Shown one piece after another: positions 9,465-20,136 of a stretch of 64,000 bases of DNA; positions within the stretch are counted from its first letter, which is position 1, and each line of letters begins with the position of its first letter. The notes beneath the pieces are model-generated. The model was not told where the DNA came from and did not search any database. It saw only the letters and a list, made by a program, of their open reading frames with translations. Location: positions 9,717 to 73,716 of the IMG/VR virus record IMGVR_UViG_3300014204_000170; one strand, given 5' to 3'. Both the position numbers and the translations under genes were made by a program. This stretch comes from a virus.

Positions 9465-10910
9465 TTAATACCCAACCTCTGGTAAGTGATTTAAATAATT
9501 CAATTGTGTCATTGGTTTATCTGAAATAACTTTGAATCCCTGACATGCTATTGCTGTAGAAAAAATACAGTCATCATTATATGAATCCATACAAACCATA
9601 TTATTTGCATCATTAAACACAAAAGTTGTCATTTCATCTACTGTCTCCTTACTATGTAGTATAACATTTCCCTCTCTTGTCATTTGTTCAAATTCATCAA
9701 TAAGAATAGGTCTAGTAACCTTAGTTGTTTTCCATCCCAATTTATCACTCCAAGGATTTCCAATTGTGTCAAATCGCGATGGTCTAAAATACAGAGATGG
9801 ATAAAGCATTTGTTTTAAAACATTAAGAACAACATTTCCATGTGCTTCAGCTTCAACTACCATTAATGCATTATTATAGTATCTTCCCCATCTATCTAAA
9901 ACCTTAGCAAATTTATCTGGCGCAATGTGACCTCTCCACATACCAACTTCTTCACCATTGCTTCTATCTATTATTGTAGCAACAGAATAGTCTCCTCCCG
10001 TAACACCCTCAGAACAGTCGGCCCCAACTACATAAAAATGTTTTGATTGTGGTGGTTTATATATCCTAAATCCCTCTTCTTCTCTGACCATATGTTGAGA
10101 TCCATCTTCTAGTTTAACAATGTCTCCAACTTTCAATACTCCTTGTCTTTGTAAATTGATTGCTTCTTGCGTAAATACTGCTCTACCTGAAATAAGAAAT
10201 TCTAATGCGTAGTTATTATTAAACTTACGTGGATTATTCATACGTCTTCGTATTGTTTCTATCTCCTCTTCGGAGTAGTTCCACCACCATCCATATTCTT
10301 TTTTTACATAATCATTTTCTGATACCCACATTCTATGGAAGTAATCTCCAACAGCCCCAGGTGATGACTCAATGATGATTTTTCCATTAATAGGTACTGA
10401 AGCTTCCAATGTTACAAGTTTATCTTCTGCTTTGTCCCAGAAGGGAACCTCAGTAAGTAGTGCATAGTTAATAGTATATCCTCTTCCTACGTTATCAGTA
10501 GAAGGGAGCACTAAAATCTTTGAATCAGATTTTGGAAATGAAATTTCGAACTTTGAGTTATAGTGAATCGTAGGTTTAATTGCATCAGGAGTTGTTCTAT
10601 AAAAAGTTTTAATTTTATCTAGAAGTTCTGCTGTAAGGTCGTTGTTGTAACCAACAAGAGCAGTAGAAACTCCTGCCATTGTTATTGTTTTATGATATAA
10701 ATAACCAGTAACCGCAGTAGAGAACCCAATTTGACGAGCTTTCATGATAATGATACGATTATTTCTTTGAATAACATTAAAAATATCTAACTGTGCAGGT
10801 TTAAGAATAAAGGGAACTAATCCTTTTCCATCTTTTCCCTTAATTTTACAGAAATGTTCTAAGTAAAATCTAGGATCTGCAAGTTGTTCAACACTAAGAT
10901 TGTTATCCAT
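9465..10910 (-). CDS. terL: terminase large subunit
   Basis: 481 aa. The N-terminal ATPase region has a Walker-A-like QIGFSTAVTGYLYHK; the C-terminal region is nuclease-like. It lies upstream of the portal. Confidence 0.75.
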   Translation of the reverse strand: MDNNLSVEQLADPRFYLEHFCKIKGKDGKGLVPFILKPAQLDIFNVIQRNNRIIIMKARQIGFSTAVTGYLYHKTITMAGVSTALVGYNNDLTAELLDKIKTFYRTTPDAIKPTIHYNSKFEISFPKSDSKILVLPSTDNVGRGYTINYALLTEVPFWDKAEDKLVTLEASVPINGKIIIESSPGAVGDYFHRMWVSENDYVKKEYGWWWNYSEEEIETIRRRMNNPRKFNNNYALEFLISGRAVFTQEAINLQRQGVLKVGDIVKLEDGSQHMVREEEGFRIYKPPQSKHFYVVGADCSEGVTGGDYSVATIIDRSNGEEVGMWRGHIAPDKFAKVLDRWGRYYNNALMVVEAEAHGNVVLNVLKQMLYPSLYFRPSRFDTIGNPWSDKLGWKTTKVTRPILIDEFEQMTREGNVILHSKETVDEMTTFVFNDANNMVCMDSYNDDCIFSTAIACQGFKVISDKPMTQLNYLNHLPEVGY

Positions 10911-11421
10911 AAATTTGTCCTGCTTCCTTGTTTGCTTTTTCTTTTGCTAATCTAATGTGTTCAGGCATTACTGGTTCTGCTACTTCATATTCAATTAATT
11001 TAATTTCACCACCTTTTTCTTCCGCTTCAGCTTTTATTTTTAATAATGTATCTTCCCAACTTCCACCACTAACAGCTGTTTCTTCATATTTATCTAACCC
11101 AATAGATTTAAGAATCATGTTTAATCCTGCTAGTCTATCAGAGGCTTTATCAGCTGAATCTATTTCAGATTTAATACCCTTTACGACATAATCAAAAGTA
11201 ATACCATTTTTAGCTAATGATGAATGATATTCTTTTCTCATTGCCATCTTATCTAATGTTCTGTATACTTCAGCTACTGTTTTTACTCCAATTAACTCCT
11301 TCAATTTCTTAGGATCTTGTGTTATTTGCAATGCCTTTAATAGCATTATTTGTTGGGTTGTGTTTTGGTTGTTATATGCATATTTACCTTGCACAAATAC
11401 AACTGGTTTTAATTTATTCAT
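10903..11421 (-). CDS. hypothetical protein (possible small terminase subunit by position)
   Basis: 172-aa ORF immediately upstream of terL with a 4-bp overlap. Confidence 0.3.
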   Translation of the reverse strand: MNKLKPVVFVQGKYAYNNQNTTQQIMLLKALQITQDPKKLKELIGVKTVAEVYRTLDKMAMRKEYHSSLAKNGITFDYVVKGIKSEIDSADKASDRLAGLNMILKSIGLDKYEETAVSGGSWEDTLLKIKAEAEEKGGEIKLIEYEVAEPVMPEHIRLAKEKANKEAGQIYG

Positions 11422-12092
11422 AGTTTTTTCTTCTTCTTAATTTTTAAAAGTTTATCATTATCCTTAATATAGTATGGTGATCTCAAATCCTTACTTTGAG
11501 TTAATTCATATTTACCATATCCCAACAAATCATTTTCACAAAGAGTATGGTTCAAGATGTAATCTAAAAAAACTGCATAAGACATATTCTTCTTATCAGC
11601 TTCTTGTAATATTTCAAAACGATCATCCATTTGATATACAACCAGTAGGAATTCCATTGAAATATTTTTATAAGGAAATTTATAGAAATCTGGATTAGTG
11701 AAAGGATTCTCTTCTTCAAATCCTGGAAATAATTGATTAAAATAATGTAGATCTAATTTATTAAAAAATTTACTTTTCGTTATTATTTGAATATCATTAC
11801 CAATATTCCTTCTTAGGAACTTAGTAAACGCATTAGTTAGAACACGAGAATTATTTCTCATTGGCATAACTGTTTTTGAACCATAAAATACAAATCTTCT
11901 TCTTAACCACGCAAGTTTGACACAATTCAAAAAAAGATCAGAATACATCTCTGTTAAAAAATTATGTGTAAGTGTCCTATATTGGTTTAACTCCATGCCT
12001 ACAGCTGATATATTATCAACCTGTAGTCGTGATTTACTATTTGGTACATCGGAGGAAAACACGTTCTCATATGTTTTGTTGTGGTGTTTCAT
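11418..12092 (-). CDS. hypothetical protein
   Basis: 224-aa ORF, translationally coupled to the downstream gene. Confidence 0.4.
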   Translation of the reverse strand: MKHHNKTYENVFSSDVPNSKSRLQVDNISAVGMELNQYRTLTHNFLTEMYSDLFLNCVKLAWLRRRFVFYGSKTVMPMRNNSRVLTNAFTKFLRRNIGNDIQIITKSKFFNKLDLHYFNQLFPGFEEENPFTNPDFYKFPYKNISMEFLLVVYQMDDRFEILQEADKKNMSYAVFLDYILNHTLCENDLLGYGKYELTQSKDLRSPYYIKDNDKLLKIKKKKKL

Positions 12093-12582
12093 TTGTATTT
12101 ATATTCATATTTGGTGTAGTTGGGTTATTTATATCAGTGGTTACTTGTGAAATTTCCATACCTTCCTCAGGCATAGTATCATCTTCTGGTGTTGTATCAT
12201 CTTCTGATATTAATGTTTGAAGAATTTTTTCTATTTGTTGGAAAATCTCAGGATTATTTTCTTTTATTTTTTGCAAGAAAGCATTTACATCTTCAACATT
12301 ACTAGGATCTACTCCTGCTTGTTGTAACATATCAAAAAACATTCGAAGAGCATCTCCTTTTGAACTTTTAACTTTATTTTCTAATGAAAAGTTTTGTGAA
12401 CTAAAATCTTGATATTTACTATCAATTTTACTCATTAAATCTTGTAAATTTTGTCTCATTTCTAATTGAGACATACCACTAGCTTCATCAGGAGATACAG
12501 GAGCAGGTGCTACTGTTGATGGTGGCAAACTTTGTGGTGGATATTCTGGTGCTAATGATGGTTCTACGTTTGGATCTAACAT
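12067..12582 (-). CDS. hypothetical acidic protein
   Basis: 171-aa ORF at the head of the minus-strand operon. Confidence 0.4.
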   Translation of the reverse strand: MLDPNVEPSLAPEYPPQSLPPSTVAPAPVSPDEASGMSQLEMRQNLQDLMSKIDSKYQDFSSQNFSLENKVKSSKGDALRMFFDMLQQAGVDPSNVEDVNAFLQKIKENNPEIFQQIEKILQTLISEDDTTPEDDTMPEEGMEISQVTTDINNPTTPNMNINTNETPQQNI

Positions 12583-13097
12583 AAGTTTAAAAAATTATTT
12601 AATAATGGTTTAATTATACCACAGTACATGAGATGAAAAGAAGGGGGAAGCTAATGTGTGAGAGTGATTAATTCTCGAATCAAATATTATTCATATTTAT
12701 TCCCCCGTTGGAAATTAAAATTTCCCCTTCTGTTCACCTAAGATGTATAAAGTTCTGGGAGTGGATTATGGTTTCCACTAAGGATGGAGTAGATTATGGC
12801 TTTTATTTTTGCAGACTTTAAGAGTAACCTACCCCTTATTGTCAGTGACTTTCCACCTACCTAGGAAGCTTGTCATAAATTGACGACTATTTAAACCCAA
12901 CTGCAGGAGGGCATAAACAATACTACTGTCAACTGGCTGATTCCACAGCCACTTTGGAGACGTACCTTTTACAAGTTGTAATTCCATCCTATCATCTCCG
13001 CGAGCCCACTCGCATCAATGTAGTTTATCTCCCGTCAAAGAGATTATTCACTCACCCAGAACTTTATACACCTTTTCAAATAACTATATCTAGTGTA

Positions 13098-13141
13098 GCA
13101 AAAGAAAAACCATTTGTCAACTCTGTACATGACAAATGGTT
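13098..13141 (-). terminator. rho-independent terminator (minus strand)
   Basis: 12-bp stem AACCATTTGTCA/TGACAAATGGTT with a 10-nt loop, followed on the minus strand by TTTTTCTTTT. Confidence 0.5.
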
Positions 13142-13271
13142 AGTTCTTTAAGATAGTTTTTAATTTATTGAAAGGTCGAAATATTCATTCAATAAAAGTT
13201 AATATTTAATTATATGACATCTAGCTTTTATATACTGTTTAAGTTGTTGTCTAGTGTTTGTTAATTAAGTA

Positions 13272-13760
13272 TTATGTTTTTTTTGGTAGAAACTTCTTGT
13301 ATGCTCCTGATGTGTAACTTACCCAAGCTCGTATTCCTTGCTCTTTATAAATCCTTTCCACGGCTTTCATATTGCCTTCTAGATTTAATAAATTTGCTGG
13401 ACAAACTTGGCCCTTAGTATTAATCTGAGCGATGCCACAGTCTACTGACCATGACTTATACTTATCTCCCTTTTTGCATGTTGTTGAATAAGTCTTTCCA
13501 GTTTTCTCACTAACGTATCTACAGTTATAATGAGTTAATGTTAAATTTAGTCCACTTTCATGCTTGAAAACAGCTAATGCTACTTCCGAGTTGTCTCCGA
13601 AGATGTGCTCTACGTGCTGTTCCAATGTTAGAGGTTTAACTTCTTCTACTACTACTACCTCTAACGGTACTATTTTTTGATCTTCTGCAACTAACCTTTG
13701 TAGGTGGAAAACAAACAGGGAGGCAATCACTAAAAGAACAATTATTATTTTTTTAAACAT
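13272..13760 (-). CDS. lytic transglycosylase-like protein (SLT domain) with N-terminal signal/TM segment
   Basis: N-terminal hydrophobic segment, then FKHESGLN...CGIAQINTKG, which resembles the E-S ... G-L-M-Q SLT motifs. Confidence 0.45.
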   Translation of the reverse strand: MFKKIIIVLLVIASLFVFHLQRLVAEDQKIVPLEVVVVEEVKPLTLEQHVEHIFGDNSEVALAVFKHESGLNLTLTHYNCRYVSEKTGKTYSTTCKKGDKYKSWSVDCGIAQINTKGQVCPANLLNLEGNMKAVERIYKEQGIRAWVSYTSGAYKKFLPKKT

Positions 13761-13784
13761 GGTAGTCCTTAAGTGGACAATTCT

Positions 13785-14132
13785 TTATTTAACAGGAACA
13801 GCACCAATAAAGTTTCCCTGACTTGTGGTCAAGAAAGAAGTTATAAGTGAGCCTATACCGCCCAATACAGCTAACCCAAAAGCATTTGCAAGAGAGTGAA
13901 TATCAATAGAAAATAAATCCCCAACGTTGAGAATATATGCTATCGATGCCCCAATCCCTATAACAACTGCTACAACTAACGCGTTTGTTACACTTTTCCA
14001 GTCTAATGTAAAAATATTACTCATTTTTTTTATGTTAACTAATAATACCTCTTTGAAGGAGTTCTCAGTTCCTACCCTAAGAGGGATGTAATCAATAGTA
14101 TCATATTTAAGATTTTTAGCAAGTTTTTTCAT
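13785..14132 (-). CDS. holin-like small membrane protein
   Basis: 115 aa with two predicted TM helices. Adjacent to cell-wall hydrolase genes. Confidence 0.4.
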   Translation of the reverse strand: MKKLAKNLKYDTIDYIPLRVGTENSFKEVLLVNIKKMSNIFTLDWKSVTNALVVAVVIGIGASIAYILNVGDLFSIDIHSLANAFGLAVLGGIGSLITSFLTTSQGNFIGAVPVK

Positions 14133-14150
14133 ATATCAACTGTGGATAAC

Positions 14151-15128
14151 TTATTTATTTAATTCAGCGATAGTTTTAGGGCCAACTAAACCGTCTGGGG
14201 TTAAATTGTGTTTTGTTTGCCAATCTTGTACTGCCTTTTTGGTCTTTGGTCCAAAAACACCGTCTAAGGGAATTGCATTAACTCTCTTTTGTAGCTCTTT
14301 TACCTCGATTCCTCTACTTCCTACTTGCATATTTGAAGTAAAAATATAATTAACTGGTTTTGGAAAATTATAAACCATTGTCCAAGTGGACCAAATAAAA
14401 GGATTTTTAACGTAATCTTCTGTTATCCATTGCCATCCTTTTTCCCCAGTTGATTCACCCCATGAGTTTAAGAATCCAATATATTTTTTTCCATTAATCA
14501 TTTTTGCTTTACCAACATAGACCCAGTGGTTCCAACAAGAATTATCTACGCTTATAGGGGGTAGCGGAAACTTTGATGACCATGTTCCATTATTTTTACC
14601 AGTTATACCAATGATACAACCTTTATTATTTTCCATTGCTTGTGCAATTGCATCAATATTAGAATATACGTTTGCGTAAGACAATGCTTTATCTATTAAG
14701 GCTTCCTTGTATGCTTCCTCTGTTATATCTGACTTTCTTTGCATAAATGCTTCTCCTGGAGGTAATCCATTATCATAAGATGGTGTTAATTTTTCATCCC
14801 CCCAGCCCTTATTAGTAACTAAATCACTATTGGTTCTTCCAGCACTTCCTGCAGGTTTTACAAATGTTTGTGAGTAAATAAATTTAGATGATTTTTCTTC
14901 GTTGTCTTGATCAAGAACTTCTCCATAATAACCCCAAGCTTGTCCACCACAAGATCCAGAACCATTCTGATCTTTTACCTTTAATTTTTTTCCGATAACT
15001 TCTTCAATATCAAAACCCTTCTCCCAATCAAATGGTGGTAGTGACATTCCAACATCAGCATATTGAAAATCTCTAACATCTAATGTATCTTTTATTGCTC
15101 CTGTGCCTCCTATTTTTTCTTCTTCCAT
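14151..15128 (-). CDS. cell-wall hydrolase with C-terminal peptidoglycan-binding domain (endolysin or tail lysin)
   Basis: C-terminal GIEVKELQKRVNAIPLDGVFGPKTKKAVQDWQTKHNLTPDGLVGPKT matches the PG_binding_1 repeat. The N-terminal region has a Cys-containing SGSCGGQAWGYY papain-like motif. Confidence 0.55.
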   Translation of the reverse strand: MEEEKIGGTGAIKDTLDVRDFQYADVGMSLPPFDWEKGFDIEEVIGKKLKVKDQNGSGSCGGQAWGYYGEVLDQDNEEKSSKFIYSQTFVKPAGSAGRTNSDLVTNKGWGDEKLTPSYDNGLPPGEAFMQRKSDITEEAYKEALIDKALSYANVYSNIDAIAQAMENNKGCIIGITGKNNGTWSSKFPLPPISVDNSCWNHWVYVGKAKMINGKKYIGFLNSWGESTGEKGWQWITEDYVKNPFIWSTWTMVYNFPKPVNYIFTSNMQVGSRGIEVKELQKRVNAIPLDGVFGPKTKKAVQDWQTKHNLTPDGLVGPKTIAELNK

Positions 15129-15154
15129 AAATTTTATAACTTAAATAATAATTA

Positions 15155-18100
15155 CTACTGTCCCGACGTTGCTTTAGTAGTATCTAATGTGTAAGCTGGC
15201 AACCCAGACCTACCTAATAAAGATCCTAATGTTTTTCTAACTGCATCTTCCTTTGTTATAGCACCAATAGAACTTCTCCCCTGTGTAGCATTAGCCAGGT
15301 TTCTTCCTCCATATGATGGAAAAAGATCCACAGTTTCTGGTGATAAATTAGTTACACTATTAATTAATCCTAAATATGCTAATGATCCAGGAACTACTGT
15401 TTCTGCCAATGATCTACCTCCGTAGAATGCTTTTGTTCCAATACTTGCTTCGATTGGTTTACCACTAGAATCATAAGATGGAAATAATGGTTGACCAAAT
15501 TGTCCTTGTGCTACATCACCAGAACCTGAGAGTAACCATGGTTGAATAAAATAATCCTTAATTACCTGTCCAATTGGATCTTGCATAATGGGGAATTTAT
15601 CAGAAATTTTCATAATATCACTTCCAACAGTATTACCTGTATATGTTCTTTGTGATGGATTAAACATGTTCATTTGGTAATAAGGAACTAGGTTTTTAAT
15701 ATCAGTATTCCACATACCAAACATTTTGACAACAGTGGGAGATTTTAAGTATTCATTATATTTTTCCTCTAAGAGTGTTTTTTCCTGTGGAGTTCTTGCT
15801 GCGTTCATTTCATTTATTATATATCCTATTTTATTAAATAACGCAGGATTATTTATTGCTGTCTTTGCGGTCTTTATTGCCATTGCATATGGGAACGATA
15901 AGAATGGTGAACCAACAACTGGAAGGGCTCTCATTACACGTACAAAATCTGGCATAGCTGCGTAGTTCATGAATGCTTCTGTTGCAACTTCTGATGCTTT
16001 CAATGGTGTTAATCTAAAATATTTTTTTCCATTCTGTATAATAGGTTCCAATATATCTTCCTTGAGCATTGGAGTTGTTCTGGAAATAGTTACTAATTCT
16101 TGTTCTGTTAATCCTATCTTAGTTAAGTAATCAGCTGTTCCTATTTTAAAAGATTGGTCAATATGTTCATACCACCTTGGCATACTATTAACCATTGTAT
16201 TAGCAGTCCTTACTATTGGATTATATGGTTGGAGTTCTGCTTGTTTCTGTAAATAATCTTTTAATTTATCCATTGTTGCGTTTGGCCCAATTTCACTAGT
16301 AGTATAAGAACCAAATTCTTCAGATCTTTTTATTGGAGATTCTTTTAATGCCTTAGCTAGATTTTCAGATGGAGTTTCAAATCTCTTCATGCCTTCTGTC
16401 ATCATTTTTTTACTAGTTGGAGATTCTGCTGCCATCCTAGCTGCGTCGTCTGCAACATTTTTAAAATCTGAAAGTTTATCACCAGTTATAACCCCTTCTT
16501 CAATTCTGTCAATCGCATCCCTCATAACCTGCATAACTTGTTGCCTTGTTGATTGCTCGTTAAGAACGTGTGTTATTTTTTCCTCTATAGCCAACTTACT
16601 TGCTATTTCTTTTGGATCTAATCCTGTTAATTGTTTAAATCTAGTTGGATTATTATCAGCAAGATCAATTAAAGAATTCATATCATTGAAAAATATATCC
16701 TTAAATCCTGCTGCTCCTAATTTTCCTTTTACTAGTGCACTGGATTTAGCAATAGATTTTATGTATTCAGGTTTCCACATAGGAAGACCCATCATGGACC
16801 CCATAAAAAAGTTACCTATTGTTGCAACAACGTGAGATCCTACATTCATTGGAACTTTTGCTGATTTGAAAACAGAAATTAAAGATTGTTGTGCATTTAA
16901 TAGTTTTTCAAATGGTTTTAAATCTCTTACTTTTCCATAAGAGTTCCAAGTTTTTACTAATTCATCTGCTTCGTTTTTCACTAAGTCGATAGTGTTGCCA
17001 TTTCCTAATCGTCCATGAATAACATCATCAACTGTGGTCGATTTTAATTTATCTAATGCATCATCGTACCATCCAACACCTGTTTTTCCTTTTTCAGTTA
17101 CCTTATAAGCCTCAGTTAAATGTTTAAGATTATAATCTGTTCCTGCTGCGTCCAATAATGACTTAGCATTTTCCATTGTATCTGCTATTTTTGCTTGTCC
17201 TGCGAATTCTGGTTTTAGAGACCCATCTGCTTCGCGAATTATTTGATCTAAAGTATCACCAATTTGATCCTTTAGTTTTATTGTTGCTCCTGGCTTCAAA
17301 AAATCATCGATTGATTGAAAATTAGCACCCTCTGCGCTTCTTGTTAAAATTGCACCTTGATTTTTAGCTAAATTAATAACCTTATCTCTTAAATCTGCAA
17401 CATCTGCTGCTTTTTTTGTTGAATATTTAAAGAAATCAACAATATCTTCACCTTTAGGTGTTGCTTTTCCAAAAATCGTTACTGATGGTATCTTTTCTAT
17501 CGCTGCTTCTGCTGTGTCTCCTAGTAAACCACCTTTAAAACCATAAGGAGTTTTATTTATTCTATTTAAATATGTAGTTCCAGTTAGTGCATCAAACTTA
17601 TCAGCTCCTTTTATTGCTGCTTCTCCAACTCTTTCTGTAAAATTAGTATATCCAGTAGCTCCTCTTTTTATTAAATTACTTACGGTATTAGTTTTTACAC
17701 CAGTTGCCTCTACTACTGGTGCTAGTTTAGCAATTTTCTTTGCAAGTGGCATCAAATTTAAAACAGTTGATGCTTTACTTTGTAGTCCCGACGTTAAACC
17801 AGTAACTCCACCTTTAATTGCACCCATTAATCCCGATTCTGCAACTGATTCTACTCCTTCTATTGCTGCTTTTTTCATTGCTCCCTTTACAATACCTGTT
17901 CCAACTCGTGGAATAAGTGCTGCGGTTCCTGCGGTCAACCAGTTTACTGGATCAAACATAACATCAAGAGCAAAACCTAATGGAACCTGAAGAGCCCTAG
18001 GTGCACCATATTGCTTAAGTACATCCCCCGCTGTTAATCCTGTCTTCATTGCATTATTAATATTACTTGTTAAACTACCCTGAGATCCCTTCCCAAGTGC

Positions 18101-18400
18101 ATATTGCCCCGCACCAACAATAGCATTAAGTGGTTTCTGTAATGCTTTTAATCCTTTCATAAAAAGTCCATCTGTATCTCCTGTATCTTCTACTGGAGCT
18201 ACTGATGGTCCGTACCATTCATTTCTTATTTGCTTACTTCTAGTATCTTCGATTTGTTTATTTATAGAAGCTAGTTGAGTATCCTTACTGATATCCCCCC
18301 TAGATGGTAAGGTGTTTGGTGCATATGCAGTGGGAGAAGAACCTAAACTATTTTTTAGTGTATCTGCTCTGTTTTGTAAAGCTTCTAAAGGTGTTGCCAT
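15155..18400 (-). CDS. large tail protein (tape-measure or tail fibre/needle candidate)
   Basis: 1081-aa ORF rich in Gly/Ala/Thr, placed next to lysis and tail genes. Confidence 0.55.
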   Translation of the reverse strand: MATPLEALQNRADTLKNSLGSSPTAYAPNTLPSRGDISKDTQLASINKQIEDTRSKQIRNEWYGPSVAPVEDTGDTDGLFMKGLKALQKPLNAIVGAGQYALGKGSQGSLTSNINNAMKTGLTAGDVLKQYGAPRALQVPLGFALDVMFDPVNWLTAGTAALIPRVGTGIVKGAMKKAAIEGVESVAESGLMGAIKGGVTGLTSGLQSKASTVLNLMPLAKKIAKLAPVVEATGVKTNTVSNLIKRGATGYTNFTERVGEAAIKGADKFDALTGTTYLNRINKTPYGFKGGLLGDTAEAAIEKIPSVTIFGKATPKGEDIVDFFKYSTKKAADVADLRDKVINLAKNQGAILTRSAEGANFQSIDDFLKPGATIKLKDQIGDTLDQIIREADGSLKPEFAGQAKIADTMENAKSLLDAAGTDYNLKHLTEAYKVTEKGKTGVGWYDDALDKLKSTTVDDVIHGRLGNGNTIDLVKNEADELVKTWNSYGKVRDLKPFEKLLNAQQSLISVFKSAKVPMNVGSHVVATIGNFFMGSMMGLPMWKPEYIKSIAKSSALVKGKLGAAGFKDIFFNDMNSLIDLADNNPTRFKQLTGLDPKEIASKLAIEEKITHVLNEQSTRQQVMQVMRDAIDRIEEGVITGDKLSDFKNVADDAARMAAESPTSKKMMTEGMKRFETPSENLAKALKESPIKRSEEFGSYTTSEIGPNATMDKLKDYLQKQAELQPYNPIVRTANTMVNSMPRWYEHIDQSFKIGTADYLTKIGLTEQELVTISRTTPMLKEDILEPIIQNGKKYFRLTPLKASEVATEAFMNYAAMPDFVRVMRALPVVGSPFLSFPYAMAIKTAKTAINNPALFNKIGYIINEMNAARTPQEKTLLEEKYNEYLKSPTVVKMFGMWNTDIKNLVPYYQMNMFNPSQRTYTGNTVGSDIMKISDKFPIMQDPIGQVIKDYFIQPWLLSGSGDVAQGQFGQPLFPSYDSSGKPIEASIGTKAFYGGRSLAETVVPGSLAYLGLINSVTNLSPETVDLFPSYGGRNLANATQGRSSIGAITKEDAVRKTLGSLLGRSGLPAYTLDTTKATSGQ

Positions 18401-18409
18401 ATTGGTTTA

Positions 18410-18721
18410 TTATATCATAGTACTCTCTTGTCCTAGGGCATAATAGTATTTCTTTACCTTATAGTCAGGTGAAAATTTAACAGTTGGTTTAGCTGAAATT
18501 TGAGTCATTTGTCCAGTATTAATATTAATCATTTTTCTACCTTTGTGAATTTTCAGATTAAACTCACCCCAATCTGGAAGTCTAATTACCTGTCTATCTC
18601 TTAATTCCCTAGACATAGTTCTTACCATTCCATAATAAATATCTCTTACTGTTTGTAAATCAGGAACCCCAGAATGAGTTGATATTAGTTTAAAGAATTG
18701 TTCTGAGTCTATACTTTTCAT
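18410..18721 (-). CDS. hypothetical protein
   Basis: 103-aa ORF. Confidence 0.4.
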   Translation of the reverse strand: MKSIDSEQFFKLISTHSGVPDLQTVRDIYYGMVRTMSRELRDRQVIRLPDWGEFNLKIHKGRKMININTGQMTQISAKPTVKFSPDYKVKKYYYALGQESTMI

Positions 18722-18722
18722 C

Positions 18723-18971
18723 TTATATCTTATGTTCTCCTAAGTGTAATAATTCTTTTATTTTAGTTTTATCAAATCCAACAATGAATTCTTCTCCTAT
18801 TGTAATTACAGGAACTCCCATTTGATTACTCTTTTCTATCATTTCTCTTCTTGCAACTGCGTCACTTCCAACATCTACTGCAGTATAATTAACTTTATAA
18901 CTATCAAGGAATTCTTTTACATCCTTGCAGTAATGACATGTTTTTGTTGTATATATTGTTACCTTTTCCAT
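18723..18971 (-). CDS. glutaredoxin (NrdH-like)
   Basis: 82 aa with CxxC active site TKTCHYCKDVKEFL and glutaredoxin-like length and topology. Confidence 0.65.
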   Translation of the reverse strand: MEKVTIYTTKTCHYCKDVKEFLDSYKVNYTAVDVGSDAVARREMIEKSNQMGVPVITIGEEFIVGFDKTKIKELLHLGEHKI

Positions 18972-18975
18972 AAAT

Positions 18976-19665
18976 TTATTTTATTGCTTCGGCCCATAGA
19001 GCCTCTGTTAATACGACTGTTCCTTTATTAAATATAAAATGATCATAAGCTTTCTGTGGAGTCATTAGTGGGCTGTTTGTTGGAAACACAGTAATAGTTA
19101 TATCCTTTAATTTGAATCCAACTGTTTGTAAATAATACCCTAATGAGAAGGGGGTAAATGGAACCTTATGAAATTCTCCTGGCCCTGCTTGGTTGCCATA
19201 AATAACTTGAGATAATGTTATATATCTATCAATATCCTGTTTGGTACTTAATGGATTTCCTGTAACATTTAAAATCCAAAGTTTTGCAAGTTCATCAAAA
19301 TTAGTTGTTGATATACAAAGTTTTCCTCCTGGTTTTAATACACGATACATCTCAGTGAGTGCTGGAATAACTTCTGCCATTGCCATGTGTTCTATTGAAT
19401 CATTACACTCTATATAATCTGCATAATTATCTTCAAGTGGGAGGTTACAATAATCTGCTTGAATAAACTTTGCACCTTTAGGAACTCTTGCATTTACTAA
19501 CATTGGATCTTTTTCTTTTATGCCTTTCTCGAGATCCTCCTTACTAAAAAACTTATCTACATTAATAAATGGTAAATCTGCAAGTGAAACTCCACATCCT
19601 AAATTAAGCCACACTTGTGATAATTCTTCTTTTGTACGTACAACTTTATTTTCTTTTTTCTTCAT
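18976..19665 (-). CDS. class I SAM-dependent methyltransferase
   Basis: Motifs VLKPGGKLCIST and an upstream DxxCN-like region fit the Methyltransf_11/25 pattern. Confidence 0.6.
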   Translation of the reverse strand: MKKKENKVVRTKEELSQVWLNLGCGVSLADLPFINVDKFFSKEDLEKGIKEKDPMLVNARVPKGAKFIQADYCNLPLEDNYADYIECNDSIEHMAMAEVIPALTEMYRVLKPGGKLCISTTNFDELAKLWILNVTGNPLSTKQDIDRYITLSQVIYGNQAGPGEFHKVPFTPFSLGYYLQTVGFKLKDITITVFPTNSPLMTPQKAYDHFIFNKGTVVLTEALWAEAIK

Positions 19666-20092
19666 AATAATTTAATAATTAATAATAATATTTAGTGGAG
19701 AAGTCGGTATCGAAACCGAGTGTACTATTTGTTTTCATAACGTCTACGAGAAATATTCCGATTATTCTAGATTAACTTGGAAGACATACGGACACGACTT
19801 ACCCAAGATACCCCTTACTCAAGTCTTATATATATCGAGAGTTGGCAATGGATATATATTGCAATATGGTTTTATATTAAGTTACTAGAACGCCCCATAT
19901 TAGGAACTAGAAACTCCGTTTAAACGAAAGCGAGATTCAACGAACCTACTGTCGAAAAGAACGGGCTAAGAATTGAATTCTTTGCAATTGATTTTACCTA
20001 CACATCAAGAGTTAGTAGATATGCTCTTTCTCGCGGCCATAAAAGGACAATTAATATCTAAACCTTTCATCCCCATTGAGACAGTATATCAC

Positions 20093-20121
20093 TTGACAAG
20101 TTTCATGTCAAGGAATATACT
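20093..20121 (+). promoter_or_regulatory. sigma70-like promoter (TTGACA-17-TATACT) upstream of the tRNA array
   Basis: TTGACA at 20093-20098, 17-nt spacer, TATACT at 20116-20121. Part of the recurring ACTTGACAAGT family. Confidence 0.6.
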
Positions 20122-20136
20122 AGATATAATGTTAAT

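Noticed and set aside
15726-16835. ORFs 15726-15965(+) and 16389-16835(+)
   Set aside because: Antisense to the 1081-aa tail protein gene.
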